Part shown: piece after piece, positions 60,456 through 64,000 of the stretch
How positions within the stretch are numbered: position 1 is the first letter of the stretch
How the letters are laid out: each line of letters begins with the position of its first letter
Assembly: GCA_051294375.1 (NCBI GenBank)
Contig: CM119269.1
Coordinates: forward strand, 16,022,690 to 16,086,689
Origin: Paraspadella gotoi
Taxonomy: Eukaryota > Animalia > Chaetognatha
Direction of reading: 5' to 3'
Length of the DNA stretch: 64,000 nucleotides
Position numbers and translations under genes: made by a program
Notes under the pieces: model-generated
What the model saw: the letters and a program-made list of their open reading frames with translations, nothing else
The model's database searches: none
Told to the model about the DNA's origin: nothing

Positions 60456-61759
60456 TAGAAGGCAGGTGCGGAAATATAATCGTAACGTTCAAAATCGGCC
60501 CTTTTTTTTCATTCTCTTGTCTACCCGTCGATTCAAATCCTATTTTCTGTCATTTTCTCTTTCGTTCGAAACTCTCCCTCCTCTTCTTCCTCTTCCTCCT
60601 CCTCCTCCTCTTCTTCCTCTTCCCCCTCCTCCTTCTCTTCCTCCTCCCCCAGGAAGCAACAAGATGCGATTAGCGATATTTTTTCGTCGTTTATATTTGC
60701 TCTTACGATTTTCCCTTTTTCTTAGTCGACGCCAAAAAAAAAGGACTTTTGTCAAAATGTTGAGCTTCTTACATCGAAATATCACGCGTCTTACCATGCG
60801 TAATTTTAATTGTCAATCTCCTCCTCCTTTTCCTCTTCCTCCTCCTCCTCCTCCTCCTCCTTCTCCTCCTCCTCCATCACTAATCTTTCCGTTCGATAAA
60901 AAAGAAAGAGTCCATGTTTTGTCAAAAACTGTACACAGTCTAAGCTCCTTTAACTCTAGACGCCCCTGAAAAAGTAATGCCCGCCTTTTCAAGAAAAGAC
61001 GACGGGGTAAGGGTTGAGCAAAAGGTCGGTCGGGTGAGGATCGGGTGAGGATCAGGGGCGGCGGAGAGAGAGACATTGGGGGCGGGGCCTTAGGCCGCAG
61101 GGGGGCAGAGCTCGGCGAGTCGCGGGATTGAGACACCTTCTTTGTTATGCCAAATCCTTCGCGATCCGACTCTTCTCTCCTCATTTAAATACTTTTTAAT
61201 CACGAAGGATTTTTTTTTATTCAGGTGAGTGAGTGTGTGTGTGAAATAGAGAGAGCGTGTAACGAGTGTGCGTGCGAGGGTGTATGTGTAAAGTGTGAGA
61301 GTTCGGTTTAGCTTCTTTTTTTTTAGATTAAACGAGTGAATGTTACTTTTATTTTCGTGTTTTGTTTCGTTGAAAGAAATATACGTATAAGAAACGAACC
61401 TTCACCGCAAAAATAAGTACGAAAAGGAAAAATCTTAACAATCGCAATAACTACAACGACAACAACAACAACGATAACAAAAACAGACGGGCGAAGAGGG
61501 ACGTTTTCCCTCGTGATCCACCAATAGTTTTTAACGGCGTCGAGAAAGTGACCTTAATAAAATATGACGATAAAAAAGGAAGAAAAGAGGATTTAGTTTC
61601 GACAAAATGGGTTTTAAAACTTGCCGCCCCGCCCCCCCCGTCCTGAGCTGTCCCCCCCTCCCCTTGTGCCAATCCCCCCCCCCGCCTCCCCAAATGGCAA
61701 TACGGTGGGAATAAGGGGGGAGAGGAGAAGGAGTGGAGGAATAAGGAACAGTGGAGAAA

Positions 61760-61762
<3 letters not shown>

Positions 61763-61852
<90 letters not shown>
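61763..61852 (+). repeat. (GA)n microsatellite, representative; others at 13119-13235, 53073-53201, 55102-55222
   Basis: Perfect dinucleotide repeat. Confidence 0.95.
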
Positions 61853-61855
<3 letters not shown>

Positions 61856-62764
61856 CGAACCAAGTGCTCCATTTCAAATCATTATCCTTTAAAATCCAGT
61901 TTAATCTCGAAATAAACAAAATACGGTTTTCGCCTTAGTTTTTTTTTCGGCTACTGGGTTCACTATAGTTGATGTATCAAGGAGAGATAGACTTTGACTA
62001 AACTATAATATAATTATGATATAATAGTGATAAATTATTATATAATAATAATAAGATATAATGAAAATTTGCAAATTACTTGTTTCACTATTTTTCATTT
62101 TTCTATTTTAATATTTTGATATTTTTATGAAGGATTTAGTATTTAATCTATATTATTTATTCAAACATATATTGCTTTCTTTTTTAAAAATGTTTTATTT
62201 ATCTAATAATACAATTTGGGAAGGGGAAGTCAGTGTTGTCTTCTGGAAATAGAGGGAGCATCTATACAACACATAATACACATAATAAGATATAATATAA
62301 TTATTCAAGGTTCAATCGCGAAACTTTATTTTCTGTATGAAAATTTAAACCGTTGCTCTTTTTTTTTCTCCACCGGCCGCTTTTCTCTCGACAGAAGAAG
62401 TAAAGCTGCTCTTTTACATTTTTCTTTTCTCCCGCTCTCTTCTCCCTCCCCCTTTCCTCCCTTTCCTCCCTTTCCTCCCTTTCCTCCCTTTCCTCCCTTT
62501 CCCCGTTCCCCTCTTTCCTTTTTGCCGAAAAAAAAAATGTCTTGAGCTTTTCTCCACGACTTTTGGGCCTCAGTTCACTTTTGGCTGAAAAAAAAAGAGA
62601 GGCAAAAAAAATAGAGAGGAAAAAGAAAAGAAAAGAAAAGAGAGGAAGCGAAGGAGGAAACGAGTGGAATTGCTTTTAGTAGGGGCCTTTGGGGACCGAT
62701 GAAGAGGAAGAAGGGGAAAGAAGAGAGGCGAGGCTAGAGAGGGGAGGAAGATAGTTTAATAAAA

Positions 62765-62849
<85 letters not shown>

Positions 62850-63110
62850 AAGAGAGATAACTTCTCGCTCCATATTTCTTTTAAAACTTAGCTTTTTTTC
62901 TCTCGCCCGGGCGTTTTTTTTACCCTTCGTTTTTCTTTCCTTTTCATTCTTTCCTTCCTCACTTCTCTTTTCCCCTCTTCTTCTTCCCCTCCTCTTTTTC
63001 CCCTTACCCTCATCTGCAGCTAAATTCACTTAAAATTCCCGGGTTCATCATTTTTCTGACAAAAGGACATCGCGAACCGAAAGAGAAGCGTCCGCGCCTT
63101 TTCTTCCGTA

Positions 63111-63188
63111 CCTCCTTTCGACCTAACCACTCCCCCCTTCCACAGCCCTCCTTTCGACCCTAACCACTCCCCCCTTCCACAGCCCTCT
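63111..63188 (+). repeat. ~37-bp tandem duplication (CCTCCTTTCGACCTAACCACTCCCCCCTTCCACAGC x2)
   Basis: Directly visible. Confidence 0.85.
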
Positions 63189-63630
63189 GTTCCGACAGGG
63201 GCATGAATAGTGTTTCGATTATTGTTAGCGTCATAGCCGTCGTCGTCGTCGTTGTCGTCGTCGTCGTCGTTATCGTCGTCGTTGCTTTTTTCCTTGCGTT
63301 ATTCATCCAGAAGATGGAGTTATAACTGCGAAGCTGTTTTTTGACGACAATGTTGCTGAAGTTTCGACTAGTGGTTTCGGTATAGTTATAATCCAAACTC
63401 TCGAGGCAAATGGTCATTATATTTTTTCTAATTTTAATTTACTACTTAATTAAGAACTCAAAATATTTAATTTTTTATAAAGAAATTTAACACAGCTGTT
63501 TCGCCAAGTTATTGTCTACTCCCTAGTATGGTTTAACAGTGACACCAAGTTATCCCTAATAATATTGCTGCCTTGCTAATTTGGATCGACAGCCGCCTTT
63601 ATTTCAAGAATTATATTTATTTCTCTTCCA

Positions 63631-63672
<42 letters not shown>

Positions 63673-64000
63673 GCTCTTCTCATTCTCTCTCTCCTCATCT
63701 CTCTCCATCTGCCTCGTCTCTCTCTCTCATTATCTCCTCTCACACCAATCTCCGCTCTTCAACAGTCTATAGTCCAATTAATTTTTTCGGCCGTCACTCG
63801 AGCCAATTAAATCGGACACCCAATCAAAAAGTCCGCAGAGACGACGAAAAAAAGGTGGGGGGGTGGGGGGGGGGGAGAAAAAGAGTGGGGGGGGGGTTTG
63901 GGGGGGGAGAAAGGGGAGAATGGACGATGAAAATATAAGACTTGAAGCAAGAGGAGAGAAGGAAAGGGAATGGAAAATTGGTCCCGCGAGAAAAATCAAT

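Overview
This is eukaryotic (animal) genomic DNA with no prokaryotic features. It is AT-rich, full of (GA)n, (GAC)n and (GAT)n microsatellites, and appears to come from an error-prone, gap-filled long-read assembly. Almost all ORF-track entries are microsatellite or N-run artefacts. Well supported: (1) the last two coding exons of a COUP-TF/seven-up (NR2F) nuclear receptor on the minus strand (59613-59472 and 59141-59006), with upstream exons not found in the window; (2) a four-gene tRNA cluster (Val-AAC, Ile-AAT, Ala-AGC, Asp-GTC) at 14844-15544. Reconstructed by hand: (3) an unidentified 9-exon, ~200-aa plus-strand gene (8074-13306) built from short, phase-compatible exons and not recovered as a gene by the ORF track; (4) a ~260-bp-arm inverted repeat (5825-6530) with a minimal hammerhead-ribozyme-like motif plus AATAAA in each arm, resembling Penelope-like retroelement termini; (5) a decayed DIRS-like tyrosine-recombinase element at the left edge, tRNA-derived SINE-like elements, a HINE/DINE-1-like element and a TTAGGG-containing 17-bp satellite. 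About 38 kb (20.4-58.4 kb) consists of 2-3 copies of the same blocks. The 25-N gaps, indel-dominated divergence and one noisy block pasted twice point to assembly overfill rather than true duplication. No database searches were run, so family assignments rest on recalled motifs.
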